Shown here one piece after another: positions 10,070-17,777 of a stretch of DNA of 64,000 nt. Made by a program: the position numbers and the translations under genes. Source of the stretch: an uncultured Gammaproteobacteria bacterium (GTDB lineage Bacteria; Patescibacteriota; Microgenomatia; Woykebacterales; RBG-16-39-9b); NCBI GenBank assembly GCA_964360785.1, contig CAYHXX010000001.1:73334-137333 (forward strand), read 5' to 3'. Within the stretch, counting starts at the first letter, position 1, and every line of letters begins with the position of its first letter. The notes beneath the pieces were generated by a model that saw nothing but the letters and a program-made list of their open reading frames with translations, made no database searches and was not told the origin of the DNA.

Positions 10070-10098
10070 GCAGCACCTCCTAGGTGATTGCGATTCGT

Positions 10099-10203
10099 TT
10101 ACTCGACGTACCTCTCGGGATGTGGGTCGATTGTGTCTCCCAGACATTCCAGGAAACCCCAGACTGCTAGCAAGATTGCCGCGGCGATGACGACCTTCTT
10201 CAT
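10099..10203 (-). CDS. 34-aa single-TM microprotein
   Basis: AAGGAGG then ATG overlapping the previous TGA; MKKVVIAAAILLAVWGFLECLGDTIDPHPERYVE. Confidence 0.6.
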   Translation of the reverse strand: MKKVVIAAAILLAVWGFLECLGDTIDPHPERYVE

Positions 10204-10346
10204 GTCGGTACCTCCTTGTAACCGATGTCTCCCGTTTTTCCGTCGGCGCAGAGAATGACTTCCGTACCATCCGGAGGAGCGTTGGCTATTTCGTAGATGA
10301 GCCAACCCAGACAGACGCCTGCTAGAACGAGCAATAGCTTGAGCAA
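10200..10346 (-). CDS. 48-aa single-TM microprotein
   Basis: GGGAGG then TTG; MLKLLLVLAGVCLGWLIYEIANAPPDGTEVILCADGKTGDIGYKEVPT. Confidence 0.55.
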   Translation of the reverse strand: MLKLLLVLAGVCLGWLIYEIANAPPDGTEVILCADGKTGDIGYKEVPT

Positions 10347-10362
10347 CTGATTCCCCTCCCTA

Positions 10363-10446
10363 CTAGTGCGCTGCAACCGCAACGGCTCCGATGATGACGA
10401 TTCCGTAGTAGATTGCCAAGGCGATCCAACCCTGCCTTGTTATCAT
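10363..10446 (-). CDS. 27-aa single-TM microprotein
   Basis: AAGGAG then ATG; MITRQGWIALAIYYGIVIIGAVAVAAH; TACAAT -10 at about 10497-10502. Confidence 0.5.
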   Translation of the reverse strand: MITRQGWIALAIYYGIVIIGAVAVAAH

Positions 10447-10544
10447 GTGAGCGGCTCCTTCCGCTGCTAGGACAATGAAAAGTGCGAGATAAGATAATTG
10501 TACGCTTTTTGTTTTGTTTACAAAAGTATTGCTTGGGGAAAAAT

Positions 10545-10838
10545 GGGTGGTCGGGAGACGGCACTGAGTTAACAGCAATCCGTCTCCCGTATGGAATCCC
10601 GTGAGACTAAGCAGCCGGTACCGCCTCAGGAGCTCTTGCTCATCTGCAAGGGAGTGGTATTTCACTTTTCGACTCCACGCTCGCCGAAACATGAGCGCTT
10701 CATTGTCTCCCACCTATGCTACGCCTCAAGCAGATACCTCACCAAGACCAACGGTAAGGATTCGAACCTTACTAAGCCACTCTCGTGACTTGTCCACAGT
10801 TTGAGCCAGGTTTGCTCGCTCTGTCGTTGTTTCCACGT
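10545..10838 (-). ncRNA. Candidate structured RNA: tRNA-like domain + 23S rRNA L1-stalk mimic + terminal hairpin
   Basis: Consensus promoter upstream; T-arm GTAAGG-TTCGAAT-CCTTAC (10754-10772); GCGTAGCATAGGTGGGAG...TGAAG...GGAGTC...TGAAATACCAC closed by ATCTGC/GCAGAT (10642-10735); 10-bp CGGGAGACGG/CCGTCTCCCG hairpin at the 3' end. Confidence 0.75.
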
Positions 10839-10843
10839 TTGCA

Positions 10844-10871
10844 ATTATAGTTATTTAGTTTGTTTTGTCAA
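10844..10871 (-). promoter_or_regulatory. Sigma70 promoter of the candidate ncRNA
   Basis: TTGACA-16 nt-TATAAT, both hexamers perfect. Confidence 0.8.
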
Positions 10872-10892
10872 GGAATTTAATTAGAAAAGTTG

Positions 10893-10926
10893 TGGCATCT
10901 CTCTCCTTCCTCCTTTGAGATGCCAT
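10893..10926 (-). terminator. Hairpin terminator after the Ubl operon
   Basis: TGGCATCTC/GAGATGCCA 9-bp stem, followed after a few nt by CTTTTCT. Confidence 0.6.
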
Positions 10927-10931
10927 TCACC

Positions 10932-11744
10932 TTAAAGTCCTGCAGCAGCATCTACAAGACCGTGTTGGTTCGCTCTGCGCCAGAACCCGTGTTCTCCGGT
11001 GCGAATCAGGAGAAGATGAGCGAGCATCTCGTCCGAAGGCACCATGCACCCGGCGTAAGTTCGACGGTAGTAACCGAGTGGGTGCAGGCACATCGCGGCC
11101 AGGAATTGGGTTGCCTCGACTCCCCTCTCCACCTTCCATTCGCGGTAGGCGACGGTGGGTCGGCTAGCGCGAATCAGATAGCGCACCCCGCTCTTACCGA
11201 CCTCGACGAAAGAGTTGGTCAGAGTCAACTGACGTTTCTGCTCTCGACTCAGTTGGGACAGCAACCCCTTGCGAGCTTTCTTCTCCGCCCGACTGCTGGC
11301 AGTCTTCCAGACGACTTTGTCGGTGCGCATCAACAAGTCGTAACTGTGGTCCCAGCGGTGTAGGACGAAGTGGAGATATTCTCCAGTGACAGTGCGGTAG
11401 ACCAGGACCATGACGTCTGGATAGGGCATCCAAACGTTGATCACTGACCAGCGAACATCTTCGTCGATCAATGCCTTCCATTTGGCAAGGAAGCGATCCC
11501 AGTACTCTCCGCTCATTGCGCCAAAGTTGAAGTTCCGCATTTGGAGATCGTCTTCATCACCTTCCGCGACGTTGGGGTGGAAGTTGATGTCGAAGAGGTC
11601 GCGCAGCCTTCCGTCAGCGTTGCCGACGAGTTGGTAACCCTTGATCAACTTCGGTACACCGTAACCGTTTTTGCCAGTCAGTGCCTCTCGTAACTGCTCG
11701 TGTTCTGGCAGGTCGAGCTTGAGCATTCTTTGCTGCGGTGGCAT
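10932..11744 (-). CDS. Uncharacterised protein with C-terminal CLHP...D..LAH...E..FW..ANQH domain
   Basis: 270-aa ORF starting 1 nt after the Ubl stop, with GGAGG inside the GG codons. Confidence 0.8.
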   Translation of the reverse strand: MPPQQRMLKLDLPEHEQLREALTGKNGYGVPKLIKGYQLVGNADGRLRDLFDINFHPNVAEGDEDDLQMRNFNFGAMSGEYWDRFLAKWKALIDEDVRWSVINVWMPYPDVMVLVYRTVTGEYLHFVLHRWDHSYDLLMRTDKVVWKTASSRAEKKARKGLLSQLSREQKRQLTLTNSFVEVGKSGVRYLIRASRPTVAYREWKVERGVEATQFLAAMCLHPLGYYRRTYAGCMVPSDEMLAHLLLIRTGEHGFWRRANQHGLVDAAAGL

Positions 11745-11745
11745 C

Positions 11746-12039
11746 TTAGCCTCCAGCAGTTGGCGGTACGATATTCACCGAAGCTCCATTGGCGGGGATG
11801 CGGAAGGTTTGCCGACCGCGCCGCGTTTCGTTCTTGCGAACGATCAGCTCGTCGTTCTTGAGGTCGTAGCCGGTGACGCGGAAATCGTTGCCACCAGCAG
11901 CAACGAAGATTGCTGCTCCGTCACGTAGATTTTCCTTGATGAGAGTTGCGACTTCGACCCGACCCTCTTTCGTGCTGGTGTCGATCTTGCGACGTCGGTC
12001 ACCCTCGCGCACGTTCAGCTGGATGATCTCGATAGACAT
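11746..12039 (-). CDS. Putative ubiquitin/ThiS/MoaD-like protein with C-terminal Gly-Gly
   Basis: Ends ASVNIVPPTAGG-stop, resembling the MoaD/ThiS hydrophobic-PP-x-x-GG terminus; GGGAGG before ATG 12039 (alternative GTG at 12063 with AAAGGAG); TGnTATAAT upstream. Confidence 0.65.
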   Translation of the reverse strand: MSIEIIQLNVREGDRRRKIDTSTKEGRVEVATLIKENLRDGAAIFVAAGGNDFRVTGYDLKNDELIVRKNETRRGRQTFRIPANGASVNIVPPTAGG

Positions 12040-12255
12040 GGACGAATACCTCCCTGCTTTCACCTGCCTCTCCTTTCAAGGCGGGCTATCTATTATGGGA
12101 CATTATAACACAAAAAGGTTTTAGCTCATCAGAGAAAATTTTGTAGCCGTCGGATCCGTATCGACACGGAAAGGTGTTGGCTTATCGAAGTTTTACCGAA
12201 ACGCAAGGACCTATAGCTATTGACAAGGTACTATTTGGGTGCTAAAATATTTGCA

Positions 12256-12951
12256 ATGTTAAATAAGATCTTAGCTATAGGTTTTACTTTAGTCGCAGCA
12301 TCCTTTATTGCTGCTAGTCCGACGTTTGCAAAAAGCAATAACTCCAATCATTCACAAGATAAACCAACTAAATCCGAGATTGTTTTTGACCTTCCTGACA
12401 GTGGAGATAACCTCCACCCTTCAGGCAAAGATCGTAGTGTAGAGCCTGGCCGCTCACTGACTCAGGGGAAGTCCAAGTCTGATCCTGATGACAATAATAA
12501 AGGTCCAGAACGCTCAAACGGAAAATCTGATAAACCGGGAAGCGTTGGTGGTGTGGATAAATTTGATCAAGATGGCAACAACGGTTGTGGTAATGATGAT
12601 GATTTTGAAGACGACAATGAAGGTTGGTGTGGTCACAAGCCAAAGAAAGACCACGAAGAAAAATGCGAGAAAGATTGTTCACACGACAAAGATAAAGATC
12701 ACGATAAAGACGACGACAAAAATTGCGGCAAGGGTGGTTCAGACAAGGAAAAACCCAAGCCTCTAGTAGTAATTACTGAACCCAAAACTAGTTCTACTCC
12801 ACAAACTGGTAGCGTGTTGGGAATTTCCCAGCTTCCAAATACCGCCAACGAATCTGATTCTGATTTTAGCTTCATTTGGCTCGCCTTGGCGATAATTTCT
12901 ACTGGTGCGGGGTTGAACTTAGTTGCCCGCAAGTATGAAAAACTTTCCTGA
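12256..12951 (+). CDS. Secreted low-complexity surface protein with LPxTG-like sorting signal
   Basis: Signal peptide; D/K-rich repeats; LPNTA + TM + ARK tail; TTGACA-17-TAAAAT ending 7 nt before ATG. Confidence 0.75.
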   Translation: MLNKILAIGFTLVAASFIAASPTFAKSNNSNHSQDKPTKSEIVFDLPDSGDNLHPSGKDRSVEPGRSLTQGKSKSDPDDNNKGPERSNGKSDKPGSVGGVDKFDQDGNNGCGNDDDFEDDNEGWCGHKPKKDHEEKCEKDCSHDKDKDHDKDDDKNCGKGGSDKEKPKPLVVITEPKTSSTPQTGSVLGISQLPNTANESDSDFSFIWLALAIISTGAGLNLVARKYEKLS

Positions 12952-13112
12952 AAAAATTAGTCTAAATATTTCTGATCTTTTTTACGGCGCAATTGGCGCG
13001 TTTGTTGGTACAATGTCTGGTGTTGCCCTGACAAGCTTTGTCCTCTATCTCATTCTTTCTCACGTCTCTGTTTTGAAATAAATAAAAAATCCCGCTGGGC
13101 CGTGCGCGGGAT

Positions 13113-13676
13113 TCATGGCAAGTAATCGATCGGGTTTACTCTCACTCCATTGTCGATGACTTCGAAGTGCAGGTGTATTCCTGTGCTATAGCCGGTTGAA
13201 CCAGCGATAGCGATCATTTCTCCTTGTTTGACCTGTTCTCCTTGAAAAACCTTTATCTCTGCAAGATGTGCATAAAGAGTTTCTACACCTTCCAGGCTCA
13301 TTATCACCAAGTAGTTTCCGTACGAGCAACACGGGTTTCCTCCAGCGAAGACAACTTCTCCTTCGGTCGCTGCCTTGACTTGTAGTTCTTCAGTACCTAA
13401 CTGTCGAAAACCCAAATCAATATCAATTCCTAACGGGTGTCCTGGGCCATAGTATGCAGCAATTGGCCCCTCAATCGGCCAAGCTAAACTTTGCCTAGAT
13501 GTCTGGATTGTCGGTGTTATATCTTTTCTTTCCGGTTGGTATATTGATACGTCCTTTGACGAATGAACAGGAATAACTCCGAAACCGACGAGCAAAACGA
13601 GGCCGGGAACGAATTCAGTCAGGACGCCAAGAAAAAACTTGGCCGAACGTTCGTTGCGTAGCCGTTTCATGACCAC
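13113..13676 (-). CDS. M23 family peptidase
   Basis: HPLGIDI, YGNYLVI, TLYAHL, GSTGYSTGIHLHFEV, NPIDYL. Confidence 0.92.
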   Translation of the reverse strand: MVMKRLRNERSAKFFLGVLTEFVPGLVLLVGFGVIPVHSSKDVSIYQPERKDITPTIQTSRQSLAWPIEGPIAAYYGPGHPLGIDIDLGFRQLGTEELQVKAATEGEVVFAGGNPCCSYGNYLVIMSLEGVETLYAHLAEIKVFQGEQVKQGEMIAIAGSTGYSTGIHLHFEVIDNGVRVNPIDYLP

Positions 13677-13699
13677 TTCCTTTCACGGGAAGGATTTTA

Positions 13700-14212
13700 C
13701 TATGGAAAAGTTATTCTGTCACCTACTTTAAGATTATTTTCTTTGAAAAAGCCGGCGTTTACTTCCAGAACATTTGTGACAACTTGGGGTGAAGAGAAAG
13801 TTGGAATGTCTTCCATGGTTGGAATAGGAGCATTTTCCTCAACTCCCACGATGATCCCATCAGCGATCCAAATAATATCAATTGGAAATCTCATACCCCT
13901 CATCCAGAAACTAGCAACTTGTTTTTTGTCCAAAACAAAATACATCCCAGAACCTTCCTCGAGTGAATTACGATAAGACAGCCCAGTAACTATTGCTGCC
14001 TGTGTGTCAGCGATCTCCACGTTTATAACCTTATCCCCTACCTCCAGTTTCTTTTTTTCTAAAGTATTGGAGGTGCTACTTGCAGTCTTATTAAATGTTT
14101 GGGTATTGGAGTTGGAACTGTTTTCTCTAAAACTTAAGTAAATCGCGATTAAAATTACAGACAGCAAGAAAGCTATAACCACGATTTTCTCTTTTGGATG
14201 CAGCAGATGCAT
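13700..14212 (-). CDS. DUF192 family protein
   Basis: VEIADT, GLSYR, GMYF, FWMRGMRFPIDIIWI, VLEVNAG. Confidence 0.9.
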   Translation of the reverse strand: MHLLHPKEKIVVIAFLLSVILIAIYLSFRENSSNSNTQTFNKTASSTSNTLEKKKLEVGDKVINVEIADTQAAIVTGLSYRNSLEEGSGMYFVLDKKQVASFWMRGMRFPIDIIWIADGIIVGVEENAPIPTMEDIPTFSSPQVVTNVLEVNAGFFKENNLKVGDRITFP

Positions 14213-14287
14213 GTATATATTGTACTGTCAAGTTGCGACTTTTGGCAAAGTTTCTGTATAATCCAAAAGTTCTTGAAGGGAGTGGTC

Positions 14288-15223
14288 ATGGACAAGCTTG
14301 CCATCATCACCGACGGCAGTCTAACCCCAGCGTCAGCTGTTCAACCAGACCGAATCGTTCCGTTTTCCATTAGCTACAAGGATCCAGAAACAGATTACTG
14401 GGAAGTTTTGAATGGCGAAGGAATGACGGTTGCGGAGTTCTTGGACATTCAAAGTAGGTCTAAAGATCTACCAAAAACGTCCTTAGTTCGCTACGAGGAG
14501 TTTCTACCTGTCCTAACCGAACTGATCGAAACGGGTGTAAACCGAATCGTAATTCTAACGGTACCTGAAGGTAAGAGCGGAACCTATCTCGAGGCGAAGA
14601 GAGCAAAAGAAGAGATTGAGAGAACGAATCCGGACGTTAAGATAGCGGTTATTGATACAGGAACGACGGCTGGTGGTGTTGAATACCTGATAGAAGTCTT
14701 TGACCAACTTCGTGCTGAAGGAATGTCGTTTACCGATATTCTTGGATGTCTCGAAGAGGAAAAACAGAAGATTATTCTTTTCCTAGGACTAGACTCCATT
14801 CGTTACATCGGAGCGAGTGGCAGAATTCCCTCACTTTCAGAGAAGAACTGGAAAGCGACACTTGGGCAGATCTCGAAGGTTGTTGTTGCCAGAGTTGTAT
14901 CACTCGTTGGACACTCACCGAAAGTGTTTATCACATTCCGTCATGGAAAAGAGCATATCAATCCACACGTTTCATTCTTACAGCTGAAGCCGATTGTCGA
15001 AAAGATTTGTAGTGAGATAGTCGATGAGATTGCTTCCGGTAAACGCTTGAGGAAGGTCTACCTTTTCTGTCCAGGTGCACCAACGGAAGGAGATCTGGTG
15101 AAACAAGTAATCCAGAATCTGGATGGAGGGATCGAACTTTACGTGAGATCAGACGAGTCGATATCGCTGGCCCTGTACACAACGGCCGGGCCGAAGTTCG
15201 TCGCGGTTTTCTGCGTTTTCTAG
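14288..15223 (+). CDS. DegV/FakB family fatty-acid-binding protein (divergent)
   Basis: LAIITDGS, PKTS, SGTY, AVIDT, SGRI. Confidence 0.8.
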   Translation: MDKLAIITDGSLTPASAVQPDRIVPFSISYKDPETDYWEVLNGEGMTVAEFLDIQSRSKDLPKTSLVRYEEFLPVLTELIETGVNRIVILTVPEGKSGTYLEAKRAKEEIERTNPDVKIAVIDTGTTAGGVEYLIEVFDQLRAEGMSFTDILGCLEEEKQKIILFLGLDSIRYIGASGRIPSLSEKNWKATLGQISKVVVARVVSLVGHSPKVFITFRHGKEHINPHVSFLQLKPIVEKICSEIVDEIASGKRLRKVYLFCPGAPTEGDLVKQVIQNLDGGIELYVRSDESISLALYTTAGPKFVAVFCVF

Positions 15224-15268
15224 TAGGACGAGGTCATGACATAAATGAGGGAAGAGAGATGAAACATA

Positions 15269-15306
15269 AAAGCCGCTTTCGAGTACTCGGGGCGGTTTTT
15301 CTTTTT
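15269..15306 (+). terminator. Intrinsic terminator after degV
   Basis: AAAAGCCGCTTTCGAG-TA-CTCGGGGCGGTTTTT then T-run. Confidence 0.7.
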
Positions 15307-15630
15307 GAAAAAAAGACGAAGGTGGAAAGAAATATCCACTCTAAGACCGGAGGAGACCAATCCAGAGCGTTGTCTTCCCAGCGAGGTTGGGTTTTCTCGC
15401 TCAGAACTATGGCTGTTCCACCTTCGTGCGAATGATCTCAAGTACGGGTCCTTCGACGGGCGACTCCTTGGGTATTCTCGTCTGTTCCTACCTACAGCGG
15501 GCACTCCACTCTAGAGTCGTTTGCTCGCTGTCCCCTTGGCGTTAACCCTTACTCACCTCCGCTTGACTGGAGTGCTGGTCGCCAGGATCGGTTGCGTCTC
15601 CCCTACTTCCGATTCATCGAAGGACCCGTG
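15307..15630 (-). ncRNA. Candidate two-domain structured RNA
   Basis: TTGCGC-17-TATAGT promoter (15664-15636); 13-bp closing stem 15444-15456/15617-15629; 12-bp stem 15316-15327/15416-15427 followed by a T-run. Confidence 0.65.
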
Positions 15631-15745
15631 GGAAAACTATAGAACTTTTGTAGCTTTGGCGCAAGTGAATATTATTCGGTTAAATTTTCGGTTTGTTACA
15701 GATTGATAGGATTGACAATTTCGTCTATGTTTCGGATTATTAGAG

Positions 15746-15773
15746 TGTCAAGTTACAAGTTTCACGTATCAAG
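15746..15773 (+). repeat. Four tandem degenerate heptamers in the dinB leader
   Basis: TGTCAAG TTACAAG TTTCACG TATCAAG; same consensus as 34894-34954. Confidence 0.55.
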
Positions 15774-15801
15774 AATTTTACAAATTTGAAAACGCTGACA
15801 C

Positions 15802-17004
15802 ATGCCACACACTACTTCGAAACGCTCTTCCTGGATGCATCTGGACATGGACTGTTTCTTTGCATCTGTCGAAATCAAACTAAACCCTTCACTCAAAGGT
15901 AAACCTGTATTAGTTGGTGGTGTTAATCCCCAAGGAAAAAATGTTCCTCGCGGAGTGATCGCGACGGCTTCCTATGAAGCCCGGAAGTTTGGTTGCAAAT
16001 CGGGAATGCCGCTTTATCAAGCTTTGAGACTGTGCCCAAACGCTGTCGTGGTCGGTGGGCACTATGAGGACTACATTGCGTGTTCTGACCAAGTCATGGA
16101 GATTTGTGCTCGCTACGCTCCGCGAGTTAAGCAGATCGGTATTGACGAAGCTTTCTTGGATTTTTCTAACACTGAGATTCTGTATTCCGATCTGAAAATA
16201 GTTGCTGAACAGATCCGTGCGGATATAAAAAAAGAGCTTGGTATCACTGCTTCGATTGGACTAGCGGCTACTAAAGTTTGTGCCAAAGTCGCCTCAGATT
16301 TTCATAAACCAGATGGTTTTACCTATGTTTCAGAAGGTTCTGAGAAGAGTTTTCTCGCTCCCCTACCACTGCGGGATTTACCCGGAATTGGACATAAGAT
16401 GGAAGAGTATTTCCATCGCTTGGGTGTCAAAACTCTGGGAGAATTAGCAGCAGTTCATTTTAAAAATATTGAAAATTGGGGCAAGTTTGCGGTCAATTTG
16501 TGGGAAGCTGCCAATGGAGTTGACAACATTTGGTTTACCCCGCACGTTGAAGTTAAATCTATCTCTCGTAGCGAAACTTTTTATCGTGATACACCTGACG
16601 AAGACTTTATCCTGGCGATGCTACGCAAACTGACTGAAAGTGTGGGAACTGAAGCTCGCACTGCGGGTTATCAGGGACGCACAGTTCACGTCACGATCCG
16701 TTACAAAGATTTTCGGACACTTAGTCGCCAGCGAGTTCTTACTTCCCCGACAAATGTGACCAAAGAAATCTATGATTTGGGTGAAACTCTGCTCAAAGAA
16801 CTTTGGGACTCTCGGACACCGTTGCGGTTGGTCGGAATTGGCTTAACCCAGTTTGGGGAAACGATTCAGCAATCTTTGTTTGGCAGAGAGCATGACAAAA
16901 GATTGGAGTTGGAGAAAAGAATAGATACGCTCAAGGAAAGGTTTGGCAAAGAAGCAGTTAAACCCTTATTCCTTCTTTACCTAAATTCCAGTGTCAGACA
17001 CTGA
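15802..17004 (+). CDS. dinB: DNA polymerase IV (Y family)
   Basis: HLDMDCFFASVE, SYEARKFG, IDEAFLD, AKVASDFHKPDG, RLVGIG. Confidence 0.95.
   Translation: MPHTTSKRSSWMHLDMDCFFASVEIKLNPSLKGKPVLVGGVNPQGKNVPRGVIATASYEARKFGCKSGMPLYQALRLCPNAVVVGGHYEDYIACSDQVMEICARYAPRVKQIGIDEAFLDFSNTEILYSDLKIVAEQIRADIKKELGITASIGLAATKVCAKVASDFHKPDGFTYVSEGSEKSFLAPLPLRDLPGIGHKMEEYFHRLGVKTLGELAAVHFKNIENWGKFAVNLWEAANGVDNIWFTPHVEVKSISRSETFYRDTPDEDFILAMLRKLTESVGTEARTAGYQGRTVHVTIRYKDFRTLSRQRVLTSPTNVTKEIYDLGETLLKELWDSRTPLRLVGIGLTQFGETIQQSLFGREHDKRLELEKRIDTLKERFGKEAVKPLFLLYLNSSVRH
16989..17003. repeat. REP-like palindrome CAGTGTCAGACACTG
   Basis: Palindrome immediately 3' of the RAYT; one of five copies. Confidence 0.75.
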
Positions 17005-17018
17005 AAACTATAGACATT

Positions 17019-17595
17019 TTAATCCAACAGCATCTTCTGCAGACTGATGTCTTTTTGGTAGTTAATTCTAGAATTGACAAATTCTTTGTAATCTTCCACT
17101 GGACCTTTTTTCGAGAAATAAGCAAGTTAACCTCTCATCAACGAAACTCATTTCCTCTATTCCTAAGTAGTGTCTATAACTAGTCCAAGGATATTCCTCT
17201 GGTTTCTTTACTAAGCCTGCACTACTCGGATTCAAATGAATGTAACGGCTAAGATGAACCAAATATTCATCAGTTGTTACATCAACATGCTTAAAGCGAG
17301 CTTCAAACAGATGCCCGGTTCGGTGATAACGCAGGTTAAAATAGTTTGCGTAGGCTGTAGTCAAAGTTTGCATGAATCTAGAAAGTGATAGATCAGAGTC
17401 TTGTCTTACAAGTAAGTGTATGTGATTGGGCATAAGAACAAAGGCTAGAATGCGGATCAAGAATTTATGGGAGTATTTACTTAGGTTAAAGGTAAACCTT
17501 ATAAAATCCCCATCATCAATAAAAAGATTCTGGTGATTAGCCCGACTGGTTAAATGGTAAATTGAATTTCTAAGGAAAATTCTTGGGGGTCTCAT
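17019..17595 (-). pseudogene. REP-associated tyrosine (Y1/HUH) transposase RAYT with C-terminal frameshift
   Basis: YHLTSR, LMPNHIHLL, GHLFEARF, YIHLNP, YPWTSY. In-frame stop at 17068; a shifted frame gives LAYFSKKGPVEDYKEFVNSRINYQKDISLQKMLLD ending at 17019. Confidence 0.75.
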
Positions 17596-17599
17596 ACCT

Positions 17600-17610
17600 G
17601 TGTCTGACAC
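17600..17610. repeat. REP-like palindrome GTGTCTGACAC
   Basis: Lies between the RAYT -10 box and its ATG. Confidence 0.75.
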
Positions 17611-17673
17611 TTAATACTATAAACATATTAGCTTTAAAAGTGCTTGTCAATACAGGTTAAACTAGTATTATTT

Positions 17674-17686
17674 AGTGTCTGACACT
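17674..17686. repeat. REP-like palindrome AGTGTCTGACACT
   Basis: Upstream of the RAYT, downstream of speD. Confidence 0.75.
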
Positions 17687-17777
17687 GGTTAGTTGAAAAA
17701 AGGTGCCGGCAAAGCTTTGGGGGCAGTGCCGGCGTGGATAGGTACGGCCAAGTGGTTGTTCTGTTTATCGTCGTCCA

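Noticed and set aside
10545-10838. tmRNA (including two-piece), true tRNA, or a 23S rRNA gene
   Set aside because: No CCA end, no alanine G-U acceptor identity, no anticodon arm or tag ORF; 23S similarity is limited to ~95 nt with non-rRNA flanks
15307-15630. RNase P RNA, or the small ORFs listed here
   Set aside because: GAGGAAAGTCC and the 3' P4 partner are absent; the ORFs are short, have no SD and overlap the long stems
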